DNA of 64,000 nt from a bacterium (lineage in GTDB: Bacteria; Electryoneota; Electryoneia; Electryoneales; Electryoneaceae). Position numbers and translations under genes: made by a program. Below are positions 1 through 10,191 of the stretch, piece by piece. The stretch is taken from positions 4,352,001-4,416,000 of the forward strand of contig OY769902.1 in NCBI GenBank assembly GCA_963669175.1, written 5' to 3'. Within the stretch, counting starts at the first letter, position 1, and the number at the start of each line of letters is the position of its first letter. The notes beneath the pieces are model-generated. The model was not told the DNA's origin, did not search any database, and was given only the letters and a program-made list of their open reading frames with translations.

Positions 1-188
1 GACAAATCAATGGTTTGTTTAACCATAAACAGATATAAAAGGATTGCCACCACTACAATTGCCACAGTAATCATGGCGGCAATTGTCAGCCCGCGCGCCC
101 TGCCCACAGACAACCGCCACTCCTTGGGACGGTCTTCCAGGGGACGATACCACAGGATCAGATGATGTGGTCCTTCTGCCCGCTTCAC
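1..188 (-). CDS. N-terminal part of a membrane-anchored protein, truncated by the window edge
   Basis: Not in the ORF track; translated by hand. GTG at 188 preceded by AAGGA, open frame MKRAEGPHHLILWYRP...LTIAAMITVAIVVVAILLYLFMVKQ with one hydrophobic helix, running off the window. Confidence 0.55.
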   Translation of the reverse strand, partial: MKRAEGPHHLILWYRPLEDRPKEWRLSVGRARGLTIAAMITVAIVVVAILLYLFMVKQTIDL

Positions 189-251
189 GTTATTCCTTAC
201 CAGATCGTAACTTCTTCAAAAGGAGAAATGTAGCTCTCCTCCCCAACCATG

Positions 252-995
252 TCAACCGCCCTGATTCTGCATCCGAATACGCACCCTGGCAGCCTCGAAA
301 AGCAGCACAGATGCTGCCGCAGAAACGGATAACGATTCCACATTGTTTTCCAGTGGAATCCGTAACAGGGAATCGCAGGTATTCCTTACACGATCCCCGA
401 TTCCTTTGCCCTCACTGCCCATCACGATAACCACTCGGTCCGGCCACTCGTAGTCATATAGTGACATGCCCGATTCTCCGGCCGCCCCGGTTATCCACCA
501 CCCATCCTTTTTCAAAGATGACAGCGCATCGGACATGTTGGACACCTGTATCACCGGCATTTGCATCAGCAGACCGGCTGAGGCTTTAATGACTGTATCG
601 GTAATCGGTGCGCTACGGCGTGCCGGGATCAGCAGGGCGTCACATCCGGCGCCACGTGCGCTCCGGGCAATCGCCCCGATATGATGCGGATCGGTTACGC
701 TGTCCAGCGCCATGATCACCCCATATTCCACCGGCGCTGCGTGGGTTCCCAGCTTGGACAAGGATAACAACTGCACGGGAGAAACATCAGCCGCCACTCC
801 CTGGTGATTGCCGCCGCCCATGATCTTGCTTACCTGTTGCGGCGCGACACGATCAATACGAACCTGGCGACGTTTCGCTTCGTTGATAATATCCCCGATA
901 ATTCGTCCCTGCGCATTGGTCGCAACCATCAGGCGTTGAACCGGACGATCCGATTGCAGCAATTCCAGAACTGGTTTTCTTCCTATGACTCGCAT
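252..995 (-). CDS. rlmB: 23S rRNA 2'-O-methyltransferase, TrmH/SpoU family (RlmB-like)
   Basis: N-terminal GRKPVLE, NHQGV motif, LDSVTDPHHIGAI and SPOUT motifs VMGSEGKG and ESLSVSAAA. Confidence 0.9.
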   Translation of the reverse strand: MRVIGRKPVLELLQSDRPVQRLMVATNAQGRIIGDIINEAKRRQVRIDRVAPQQVSKIMGGGNHQGVAADVSPVQLLSLSKLGTHAAPVEYGVIMALDSVTDPHHIGAIARSARGAGCDALLIPARRSAPITDTVIKASAGLLMQMPVIQVSNMSDALSSLKKDGWWITGAAGESGMSLYDYEWPDRVVIVMGSEGKGIGDRVRNTCDSLLRIPLENNVESLSVSAAASVLLFEAARVRIRMQNQGG

Positions 996-1022
996 CCGGT
1001 TCTTCCTGGAGTAACGGTTGGA

Positions 1023-1682
1023 TTAAAAATAACTCTCGTCTTCACGTTTCATTTCATCGCTGGATTTGGTTCCTGCCTGTTCTGGGGTAAGCCCCTCCAG
1101 GTTCTTCAGGGTCGGATCAGCGCCATGTTGGAGCAGGATTTTCGCTTCTGTACTCTGTTTCCATTCATCGGGAAAGGTCATGGCCAGCTCGTGCAGGGGT
1201 GTATTGCCTGTACTGTCCACAGCGTTGACATTTGCGCCTTTGTCAATGAGAAATTCAACCATATCGGGCGACTCGTTGATCACTGCATAGAACAACGGCG
1301 TCTGCCCCATGATGGTGGAAGCGTTCACATCCGCGCCATGCTTCAACAGGAGTTCCGCCATATCTTTATAGCCGAAAATGACCGCTTCGAACAGGGGTGT
1401 ACGCATGTCGTTAAAAATGGCGGTGCTGCTTCCCGACGCCTGGGCATTCACGTTCGCGCCGTTCTCAAGCAGCAGCCCGGCCACGCCCAACGCATTGTTT
1501 TCCGCAGCCGTGAAGAGGGGAGTGTGACCGAATTCATTGCGTTGCTCAACGCTCGCGCCCGCTTTGAGCAGACGTTCCGCCTGCTTGGAGTTGTCCTCAG
1601 CCGCCGCTTCGAATAACGGTTGCCCGACCGCTGTCGCAACCTGCAACAACGCTATAAGTGCTGTCAAAAGGTAAAATCGCAT
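1023..1682 (-). CDS. Secreted ankyrin-repeat protein
   Basis: Repeated G-x-TPL(F/H)-xA...LL-xx-GA(N/D)VN ankyrin motifs; signal peptide MRFYLLTALIALLQVATAVG. Start at 1682 preferred over 1727. Confidence 0.9.
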   Translation of the reverse strand: MRFYLLTALIALLQVATAVGQPLFEAAAEDNSKQAERLLKAGASVEQRNEFGHTPLFTAAENNALGVAGLLLENGANVNAQASGSSTAIFNDMRTPLFEAVIFGYKDMAELLLKHGADVNASTIMGQTPLFYAVINESPDMVEFLIDKGANVNAVDSTGNTPLHELAMTFPDEWKQSTEAKILLQHGADPTLKNLEGLTPEQAGTKSSDEMKREDESYF

Positions 1683-1871
1683 GACACGCCTTGCCGTTCT
1701 CGCCGAACAAGTAAAGTACCGCTCCACAGGCAGGAGTACAACCGGGCGTGCTTGAATCAGGAAGCAAGAACTCTAGTGGTTCGAGTATACAAGGAGATAA
1801 ATACATGTATTATCACATCAAACGCAATTCGCGTAAGTGACATTCCAAGTATAAGGCGAGAGTTTGAATTT

Positions 1872-4160
1872 TTATTTGACCATCATAACCTTTTTTGTCT
1901 GTACCTGGCTGTCTGTCTGTACAACGAGGAAATAGGCACCTGACGCCCAAGTCGACATATCTACTACATACTCATTCTTTGTTGAAGGCAGATCCATCTC
2001 GCGTACCAGTTTCCCTACGACATTGTATATTTTTGCCTTCGCAGGTTTGTTGCCTGGGAGATTGTAAGTTATCGTCAAACTTGCATTGAATGGATTGGGA
2101 TAAGCATCAAAGAGAAACATACCAGGCTGCGCTTTGGTTTCGTAATTGGGTACTGATAGGCTCGATATTGGCAAACGATACATTCCAATTGCAGTTGATA
2201 CCCATATTTGGCAATTTATTTCATCGAAATAGATTTCTTCAATCTTGTGCGTGTGATTGGGATGCGGAAATGACTCTTGAAGTACGTGCCAAGTAACTCC
2301 GTAATCTTCACTAAACCATATGTCAGAAAATCCATTAGCGACAAGGACTGTATCTTCTCCTCTTACTGCAGAAATAATGGAATACGTGTTATATGGATAT
2401 TCTCCTTGTATGCTCCACTCACCTTCATGATATCGCCAGTATAGACTGTCACTGCGTACATAAATATCATTATCCGCTCTCATAACAGGCGAAGCTATCC
2501 AGCCAAGATATGAACCCGGATGGTTAGTTTCCTGCCAACTGACGCCATTGTCATAGGATAAATAAATATCGTTTGCGCCGGAACAACATAGTATGTCGTC
2601 TCCTTCTACGAGACGATAAGGGAAGTCGCTATTAGGCAAACTTGATTGCCGCCATTGCTGTCCATAATCACTTGACACCCATAATCCAAGTGGATTAGAT
2701 GAGCTAAAATAAAAATATGTTGTATCTTGGAATAAATAGCTCCACATATATCCATTGTTTGCGATAAATGGGATCTCTGAATATTGCCTCCATGATTCTC
2801 CCATATCACTCGATATTATCATACTATAATAGTTATCCGCAGTATAAAACGGACGTCTATATTGATATGCTATGATTGTATCCTCTACCGCATAGAGAAT
2901 TGGACCAGACATACAAATTGTGTCTATAGCAGTGGGAACAGCAATTTCTTGCCAATCGTTTTCAATGCTCTCTTTAAACCAACAGCGAGTTGAAATATCT
3001 CTGAAATAATATGAAGCGCCAAATTGATATAGCTCGCCTGGCGATCCCAGAGATGGCCCCTGAATCTCCTCCCAGTTTTCTCCGTGATTATTGGAACGAT
3101 ACACACCGCCACCTTCCAAAGCCAAATAGATGTCACCTGAAAATCTATTTTGCCATATACTATTCGTATACGACACATTTGAAGGCAATCCATTAGTTAG
3201 TCGATCCCAAGTATAGCCACTATCAATGGATTTATATACTCCATGTTTTTGCCTTCCTATCAACAATATTACATTTGATTGATATCTATCCACCAACATT
3301 TTATAAGGTAAATATCTTGGTGCAACATTACTGAATATTCTTTCCCATGTATCGCCATTATTCTCTGTTAAAAATATATTGCCAGTATCCCACTCATCTA
3401 TATATTGAGTATAATAACCACATGCTAATATTCTTACTGAATCAAGTTTTACTATATCCATACATCTAAAACTCTCTATTCCATACAAGCTATAAATATC
3501 GATCATATTTGACCACGTTTCACCATCATCATCACTACGCATAAACCCATTAATTCTATCTGGATATTCTGTATTATATCTATAATTAGCGCAATAATAA
3601 TGTTCTTGATATTCACTATTATATGAATAGTTATTCTTTTGTACATAGTATTCAAACTCTTCTTGTACTTGCCATTCTTCTCTTCCATTTTCTGTTAATG
3701 CGAAATAATAATCACTTAAGTAATACCATTTATCTGGATCATTTTCATCAATGACTATATGTTCTTTTGTTGATGTATATTCAATAAAACTTTCATCCAT
3801 CGCTTCCCAACTATACCCGCCGTCACAACTAATAGCTATTAAGGGATTATCATTGCTAATTATTTCTAAAATAATTGTATCACCATTTGCATCATATAAT
3901 AATCCACCAGATATATTTCCCGTATAATATTCAATATTAATAGGATCCCAGTTTGATCCACCATCATTGGTTAACCAAAATCCCGATCCTGAGATGCCAG
4001 CAATTTCTCTTGTATTTCCTGAGTCTGCGACAAATAATGCAAATCCTGGATATCCTACATATTCTGATATCCATTCTGAATGCGATAGACTACATATAAG
4101 TAATAGCATCAAACTTATAAGCATCGTTTTAACTATCAATGAAGATCTTTCAAAATTCAT
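1872..4160 (-). CDS. Secreted BNR/Asp-box beta-propeller protein with C-terminal T9SS-type sorting domain (paralog 1)
   Basis: Many S-x-D-x-G-x-(S/T)-W Asp boxes; signal peptide; C-terminal AYPNPFN...GAYFLVV...TKKVMMVK. AT-rich. Start taken at MNFERS (track start is 4217). Confidence 0.85.
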   Translation of the reverse strand: MNFERSSLIVKTMLISLMLLLICSLSHSEWISEYVGYPGFALFVADSGNTREIAGISGSGFWLTNDGGSNWDPINIEYYTGNISGGLLYDANGDTIILEIISNDNPLIAISCDGGYSWEAMDESFIEYTSTKEHIVIDENDPDKWYYLSDYYFALTENGREEWQVQEEFEYYVQKNNYSYNSEYQEHYYCANYRYNTEYPDRINGFMRSDDDGETWSNMIDIYSLYGIESFRCMDIVKLDSVRILACGYYTQYIDEWDTGNIFLTENNGDTWERIFSNVAPRYLPYKMLVDRYQSNVILLIGRQKHGVYKSIDSGYTWDRLTNGLPSNVSYTNSIWQNRFSGDIYLALEGGGVYRSNNHGENWEEIQGPSLGSPGELYQFGASYYFRDISTRCWFKESIENDWQEIAVPTAIDTICMSGPILYAVEDTIIAYQYRRPFYTADNYYSMIISSDMGESWRQYSEIPFIANNGYMWSYLFQDTTYFYFSSSNPLGLWVSSDYGQQWRQSSLPNSDFPYRLVEGDDILCCSGANDIYLSYDNGVSWQETNHPGSYLGWIASPVMRADNDIYVRSDSLYWRYHEGEWSIQGEYPYNTYSIISAVRGEDTVLVANGFSDIWFSEDYGVTWHVLQESFPHPNHTHKIEEIYFDEINCQIWVSTAIGMYRLPISSLSVPNYETKAQPGMFLFDAYPNPFNASLTITYNLPGNKPAKAKIYNVVGKLVREMDLPSTKNEYVVDMSTWASGAYFLVVQTDSQVQTKKVMMVK

Positions 4161-4241
4161 CTCAACTTCCTCAAGTTTTACAACCCTGGCAATTATTCTA
4201 TCATATTTATGAATCAACTATTACAAAATAATAAATAGATA

Positions 4242-4291
4242 TTATAGGATAATCATGCACAATAGTTCTATTCTGCATGATTATCCTATAA
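4242..4291. repeat. 50-bp near-perfect palindrome
   Basis: TTATAGGATAATCATGCA-C-AATAG-TT-CTATT-C-TGCATGATTATCCTATAA; 23 paired positions with one C/C mismatch. Confidence 0.9.
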
Positions 4292-4455
4292 CAAGATTAT
4301 TATTTATCCATATATACTATACTTATAAGTATAGTACAATAATAACATTTAATTTGTATCACCACTATTATAATCAGGTATCCAACCTTCAGCTGAAGAG
4401 GATCCCGTAGTTTGGAGAGGTCTTCATCAGTTTTAAGTGATGGTTCCTGTTTGGG

Positions 4456-5283
4456 TCATGCTGCTTCTGTTCGTTGTGTTTGCCAGTATACTTGATCTGG
4501 GGTTCGACCTTTCAGCGCCTGGTGAGGTCGCTTTTCGTTGTAGAATGTAAAATACTCTCCAATACCCTTTTCTGCCTCACGCAAGGTCTCGTAACATTTC
4601 AGATACACATCCTCATGTTTCAGGGATCGCCACAGACGCTCGATGAACCGATTGTCTACCCAGCGACCTTTGCCGTCCATGCTGATCTTAATCCCTTCAT
4701 CCTGCAACCGTGACGTAAACGCCACGCTGGTAAACTGTGCGCCCTGATCAGTATTGAAAATTTCCGGTGCGCCATATTTCGCCAACGCTTCGTTCAACGC
4801 GTCCACGCAAAACAGGTGATCCATCGTGTTGCTCAGCCGCCAGGACAGCACTTTACGGCTGTGCCAATCCATGATCGCCACCAAATATCCGAAGCCTCGT
4901 GCAAGCGGAATGTACGTGATATCAGTACACCAAACCTGATTGGGACGGTCAATCGTCAACCCACGCAACAGGTAGGGAAAGATCGTATGTCCCGGTGCGG
5001 GGTGACTGGTGCGTTTCTTCTTCGGATACACCGTATAGATCCCCAGGATACGCATCAGACGACGCACCTTCTTCCGGCAGATCTTGTACCCTTCGCCACG
5101 CAACAGGTCACGCAACATCCGTGACCCCGCGAAAGGATAAACCAAGTGCAACTCATCCAACCGGCGCAACAGCGTCAAATCTCGCTCCTTCAACGGTTTC
5201 GGCCTGTAATACGCCGTTGATCGAGGAACAGACAGCAAGGCACACTGCTTCGTGACCGGGAGTGTCTCGGTGGGCGTGATCAT
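4456..5283 (-). CDS. IS3-family transposase OrfB (rve integrase, DDE)
   Basis: [19 protein letters not shown] and [18 protein letters not shown] motifs. Confidence 0.95.
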   Translation of the reverse strand: MITPTETLPVTKQCALLSVPRSTAYYRPKPLKERDLTLLRRLDELHLVYPFAGSRMLRDLLRGEGYKICRKKVRRLMRILGIYTVYPKKKRTSHPAPGHTIFPYLLRGLTIDRPNQVWCTDITYIPLARGFGYLVAIMDWHSRKVLSWRLSNTMDHLFCVDALNEALAKYGAPEIFNTDQGAQFTSVAFTSRLQDEGIKISMDGKGRWVDNRFIERLWRSLKHEDVYLKCYETLREAEKGIGEYFTFYNEKRPHQALKGRTPDQVYWQTQRTEAA

Positions 5284-5588
5284 CGTTTTACGCTCGGCCT
5301 TGCCCCAGGTCCGAGCACACGTGATAAAAAATCACGTTCCATCGTCAACTGACCGATCTTGGCATGCAGCTCCTTGATCTCTGCGGCGGTATCATCCTGA
5401 TGCACACCACGTTTGCCAGCGAAAAGACCTTCCGCCTGCTCAAGCAACTGCTTCTTCCATTGTACGATCTGGTTGGGGTGAACATCGAACTGCGAGGCCA
5501 GTTCCGAAATCGTCTTGTCACCCTTGACGGCAGCAAGCGCTACCGATGCCTTGAACTGTGCGGTTAACTTTCTGCGGGATCGCTTCAT
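5280..5588 (-). CDS. IS3-family transposase OrfA (HTH); -1 frameshift site T-TTT-TTA at 5325-5331 would give an OrfAB fusion
   Basis: FKASVAL...ISELASQFDVHPNQIVQWKKQ HTH; slippery heptamer in RDFL codons; the -1 frame is open into OrfB. Confidence 0.92.
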   Translation of the reverse strand: MKRSRRKLTAQFKASVALAAVKGDKTISELASQFDVHPNQIVQWKKQLLEQAEGLFAGKRGVHQDDTAAEIKELHAKIGQLTMERDFLSRVLGPGARPSVKR

Positions 5589-5689
5589 CTTCCGCTCCTT
5601 CCGAAGAACCTACGGTCCTTCAATGTAGGGCGGAACCATCAACTAATACACTGTCCAGTTTTTGGGCCCCTCTTTAAAAGTTTGAATTT

Positions 5690-7960
5690 TTATTTGACCA
5701 TCATAACCTTTTTTGTCTGTACCTGGCTGTCTGTCTGTACAACGAGGAAATAGGCACCTGACGCCCAAGTCGACATATCTACTACATACTCATTCTTTGT
5801 TGAAGGAAGGTCAATTTCTTTAACCAATTTTCCTACGACGTTATAAATTCTTGCTTTCGCCGGCTTACTGTTTGGAAGATTATAAGTTATTGTCAAACTA
5901 GCGTTAAAGGGATTAGGATAAGCATCAAACAGAAAAACATCCGGCTGAACAGATGCTTGCTTTTCTGGCATAGAGAGGTTTGAAATTGGTAAATGACACA
6001 ATCCTATGGATGTTGATATCCAGATTTGCTCGGCGTTTTCATCAAAATAGATTCTTTCTATCATATGTGTATGGCCCGGATAAGGAAATGGCTCATCCAA
6101 CACATGCCAACTAGCGCCATAATTGTCACTTAACCATATTTTATCAAAACCGTTCGCGACAAAAACCGTATCTTCATCTCGAGGTACAGCTATGGTGGTA
6201 TATGTATCATAAGGATATTCACCCTGCACAGACCAGGTATTGTTGTGCCATCGCCAATACAAATCATCACTTCGCACAAAAATTTCATCATCATTAATCA
6301 TGATAGGTGAAGAAGGCCAACCGAGATACGAACCAGGGTGATTTGTAGCTTCCCAACTCTCGCAATTATCATAAGACAAATAGATATCTCGATTTCCAAC
6401 ACGGCAAATTACTGAATCGCCAACTACTAAACGAGAAGCATAATCATTATCTGCAAAATCCGATCTTCTCCAGGTCAAACCTAAATCGCTCGATATCATT
6501 AACCCAACAGGATCCATTGTACTTGCATAAATATAGGTACTATCACCATACTCTTCCTGCCATATATACGCATCGCTAGTATAAAACGGTGTTTCTACAT
6601 ATGGCGTCCAAGATTCTCCACCATCCGTCGAAATAATGAAGTTTACAATGTCAACAGGATCATAAAATGGACGTTGATAATAACGTGCGATCAATGTATC
6701 CCCTCCGGCAAACAGCAATGGCCACATTGTGCACAGCGTGTCTTGAGCCACTGGAAGCGCGATTTCATGCCAATCTCCTTCAATTCCAGTCTTTTTCCAT
6801 ACTTGTTTTGATTCATGGAGACAATAATAGTCGTTATCATAGAACAACATATTTCCCGGAGAACCTAAGTTCGGTGCAGATATAAGCTCCCATTCTTCGC
6901 TCACGGTTGTCTTGAAAAAACCTCCAAAGCCATTTGCTGCCAGGTATATTGTTCCGGAAAACCGATTCTGCCAGATAGATCCTGTTCTGAATACGTTTTC
7001 AGGAAGTCCCTGTAAAACCCTGCTCCAATGATATCCGCCATCTTCAGATTTGTATATTCCAAATTTTTGATCTCCTATCATGTATATATCATTGGGTGCA
7101 AAATCCAACAGTAATTTTTCCGGCATAAACCGTTGTGCCACTCCACCGAATATTCTCTCCCATGATTCGCCATTATTCTCCGAAATGAAGACATTGCCAT
7201 CATCCCATCCATCCGCATACGACAGTGGACTGCCACATAGCACAATTATATTTTCAGATAATTTTATTACATCTTTAAAATTATAATCATCATTACCAAA
7301 CAACTCATGCATATTAAATATGTTTTCCCAACTTCCTCCATTATCATTACTTCGTGAAACACCTTCCATATAATTAGGATCTTGTCCAGTATATATATAA
7401 ATTGAAGTAATAAACAATTCATCTGTTTGAGAGCATAATATTAGCGATTCCTTTTGATTATATGTATTGTCTGTATACAATATATTCCAACTTTCCCCAC
7501 CATCCTGCGATCTTGCAAAATACTGATCATTAAGAAAATACCATTGATCAGGATTGTTTGTATCTATGATGAGATGTTCACCGGCAATATTAAAGCCCGC
7601 ACCGCTGAAGGATTCCTGCATAACAGACCACGATTCACCGCCATTAAAACTCAGGAAAGTCAGCGAATCGTGATTAGCAGTGATCTGAAGAAATAGTGTA
7701 TCACCATTGGCATCATACATATCGATATTGGTAAGCGATCCCATATAGCTGGAAAAATGAACAGGCGACCAGTTTTGCCCTCCATCTTCAGTCATCCAGA
7801 TCCCTGACCCCATTATTTCAGCCAGTATTTTCTCTCCACTGGAATCAGCGACAATGAAATCAAAGTTGGGTCCACCAAAAGGATCTAAAACCCATGAAGC
7901 CTTTGCATAACAACTGATAATCAGGACTATCATCAATGACAAATGGTATTTCAATTTCAC
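5690..7960 (-). CDS. Secreted BNR/Asp-box beta-propeller protein with T9SS-type C-terminal domain (paralog 2)
   Basis: Colinear with 1872..4160 (shared IWQNRFSG, TNHPGSYLGW, QGEYPY); GTG start with GGAGGAGG RBS; AYPNPFN C-terminal domain. Confidence 0.88.
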   Translation of the reverse strand: MKLKYHLSLMIVLIISCYAKASWVLDPFGGPNFDFIVADSSGEKILAEIMGSGIWMTEDGGQNWSPVHFSSYMGSLTNIDMYDANGDTLFLQITANHDSLTFLSFNGGESWSVMQESFSGAGFNIAGEHLIIDTNNPDQWYFLNDQYFARSQDGGESWNILYTDNTYNQKESLILCSQTDELFITSIYIYTGQDPNYMEGVSRSNDNGGSWENIFNMHELFGNDDYNFKDVIKLSENIIVLCGSPLSYADGWDDGNVFISENNGESWERIFGGVAQRFMPEKLLLDFAPNDIYMIGDQKFGIYKSEDGGYHWSRVLQGLPENVFRTGSIWQNRFSGTIYLAANGFGGFFKTTVSEEWELISAPNLGSPGNMLFYDNDYYCLHESKQVWKKTGIEGDWHEIALPVAQDTLCTMWPLLFAGGDTLIARYYQRPFYDPVDIVNFIISTDGGESWTPYVETPFYTSDAYIWQEEYGDSTYIYASTMDPVGLMISSDLGLTWRRSDFADNDYASRLVVGDSVICRVGNRDIYLSYDNCESWEATNHPGSYLGWPSSPIMINDDEIFVRSDDLYWRWHNNTWSVQGEYPYDTYTTIAVPRDEDTVFVANGFDKIWLSDNYGASWHVLDEPFPYPGHTHMIERIYFDENAEQIWISTSIGLCHLPISNLSMPEKQASVQPDVFLFDAYPNPFNASLTITYNLPNSKPAKARIYNVVGKLVKEIDLPSTKNEYVVDMSTWASGAYFLVVQTDSQVQTKKVMMVK

Positions 7961-8114
7961 GCCTCCTCCAATGACTATGCTTAAGTATTATGATGTTATA
8001 TGAGAATTATTATATACATATATATATGACACTTATAGCGATCTAAAATAACATTCTACTAAAATCATGAATAGTATTTGACCGCTATAAGTATCATATT
8101 TATAATATTAGGTC

Positions 8115-8622
8115 TTAATTTGTTGGTGATGATGCATATCCCGGTGACATCCAACCACATGCGTCATGTATTGAATAAGATGCGGACCCAAAATAACATT
8201 GACCAGAATTTTCTGATATTTCTACATAGAATATTGTTAATCCACCAGATAAATCGACACTTTGTCTCACTTCATAGTATGGATTAGCCATACTTCTAGC
8301 TTGGGATTCAGTAATCGTCAACTTATTCCGTTCATTAGGATATAAATATCCTTTAATTGCTTCTGAATCGCTCGAATTTTGCTCATCTAATCGAAACCAA
8401 TCAAGTCTGATAGTGGCTGTTGCATCTTCTGGTCCCAACACCATATAGATAGATTGATCAGAAACAGTGTTTACCCCAGCTATCCCTGCAACAGAAGCTC
8501 CTCCGATATAACTACACTCCCACCATACCGGAAGTGGCTCTTGTTCATCACCGGAGAATTGTGCATTGGCAAAACCTAACATCAAAAAAAAACATCACTG
8601 TACTAATGATTACGACTCTCAT
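8115..8622 (-). pseudogene. Small secreted protein frameshifted in a T9 run within its signal peptide
   Basis: AGGAGG RBS and ATG at 8622 (MRVVIISTVMFF). Nine T (A run 8584-8592) put it out of frame with 8115..8585; eight T give the continuous signal peptide MRVVIISTVMFFLMLGFANAQ. Confidence 0.7.
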
Positions 8623-8862
8623 CTTACACCTCCTGAATTAGTTTACAGATACATGTATAAACTGTATATACTTTTATGAATAGTCAAGTCTCTGGAGAGT
8701 CACATTTAACTTGAAATAGGTATAATAGTTTTACTCAAGAAAAGAATATTGATATGATACAATACCATTATTCTTATCTGTTGACAAATTTAAATGCTGT
8801 CTAATCTAATAAACAGACTGAAAAGCATGCCATAATAAAACCAGGGAAAGATAAAACAAGGG

Positions 8863-9480
8863 ACAGGGCATGGCCGGGCTACTCTGCATTAGTACGGGCA
8901 TCAATATACAAAGAGATCGGGTGGCCCGATTTTGCCCTGTGATGATGATGGTGATGCTGTTGTCGTACTTGATGATTCGGGAACAGGGCTTTCTCGCATA
9001 TCGTACTCAGATAGGCAAAGTCGGGATTGTAACAAAATCTGCCAATCAAACATTGGTCCTAATAGTGAACATCGCAACAATCCCGACTTGCCTCCTAAAA
9101 GCGTCTCAGACACAACCCTTCTGGCAATATACATAAGCATTCAAGAAAGTCAGCATCACAACATGGCAAATCGGGCCACCCAGCCGGGACATGATCGGGT
9201 ACTCTAAGGAATAGATATCACAATCGATCTCTGTCCCGATGCGCTCATAACTGTATTCTGTGTCAGGGTTTCCCCAGAGTATTTGAGGATGCCGTTCTAA
9301 AGGAAACAGGTTCAGTTGCAGAACGGGCCACCCAGGCTCCCGACTTGCTCATCATCCACATCACAGGCCTACGACTCACAAATATTGTCATCACATCGAG
9401 AGGATCGTACTACACTTCCGGCAAATCGGGCCATGCACTCTTTTGCGGTACTGTTAGAAACGTACAGGGCCACCCGTCTG
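8863..9480. repeat. Degenerate array of palindromic non-coding units (GGCAAATCGGG[CCACCC] ... CCCGAyTTGCC)
   Basis: Motif copies near 8867, 9014, 9165, 9317, 9420 and 9466, with reverse-complement partners at 8925-8936, 9082-9092, 9235-9244 and 9339-9348. Confidence 0.6.
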
Positions 9481-9801
9481 AGGTAAATAAACAGGCATCT
9501 CTTTGCAGAAAATGGGGACTGTTACACTTTTACGCCAATGAATTGGCAAGAATTACAAATAATAGTTGATATACATACCTGATTACGTGTTATCCGAGAA
9601 AACTTATTGCGAAAAAGGTAACTGTACCAACATTTTCGTATATAAGCTAATCAAGCTGGAAAAAGCGAAAAATTCGGTACAGATACCTTTTCATCAATAC
9701 TTATTGAGACTGTCCTGCATTTGAGGATATGAAAAGGTATCAGTCCCATTTTTCACTTCTTTATCCACTTGAACATGTCCCCCTCTCATGCAGAGCACAA
9801 G

Positions 9802-9828
9802 AAAAAAGCCGCCCGGAAAGAGGCGGCT
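9802..9828 (-). terminator. Intrinsic terminator after the cold-shock gene
   Basis: AGCCGCC-8 nt-GGCGGCT stem followed by a U-tract on the minus strand. Confidence 0.75.
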
Positions 9829-9869
9829 CTAAACCCTGAAAGGGCGGATAAGTCAATCAACTGACTGCA

Positions 9870-10079
9870 TTACCCAACTCGTCTGACGTTCTTTGCTGAC
9901 GGTCCCTTGGGGCCCTGATCCATCTCGAACTCAACTTCTTCGCTCTCGGTCAGCGTCTTGAAACCGTCACCGGTAATCGCGCTGAAGTGAACAAACACAT
10001 CCTGTCCACCTTCGACCTCGAGGAAGCCGAATCCCTTTTTCTCGTCAAACCATTTCACTTTGCCGTTCATCTGGAACAT
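9870..10079 (-). CDS. cspA: Cold-shock protein
   Basis: [15 protein letters not shown] (RNP1), DVFVHFSAI (RNP2), [10 protein letters not shown]. Confidence 0.95.
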   Translation of the reverse strand: MFQMNGKVKWFDEKKGFGFLEVEGGQDVFVHFSAITGDGFKTLTESEEVEFEMDQGPKGPSAKNVRRVG

Positions 10080-10191
10080 GACCTTTCGTTAGAAAATCCG
10101 CTCGACATCCCTTTGGTGAACTTCTGCTGTTGTTGGTAACACCTGGACATATCAGCCAAAAAATAACAGGTACAACCTATCGAAAACTTCC

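Larger units (their letters stand above)
4394..5676 (-). mobile_element. IS3-family insertion sequence (~1283 bp)
   Basis: OrfA plus OrfB; imperfect terminal IRs TGAAGAGGATCCCGTAGTTTGGAGAG (4394) vs reverse complement TAAAGAGGGGCCCAAAAACTGGACAG (5676), 17/26 match; no target duplication visible. Confidence 0.88.

Noticed and set aside
8863-9480. CRISPR array or c-di-GMP-I riboswitch
   Set aside because: Units are too degenerate and too widely spaced for CRISPR and no cas genes are present. CACAGGGCAAA on the minus strand is not followed by the GAAA...GGGACGCAAAG core of the riboswitch.
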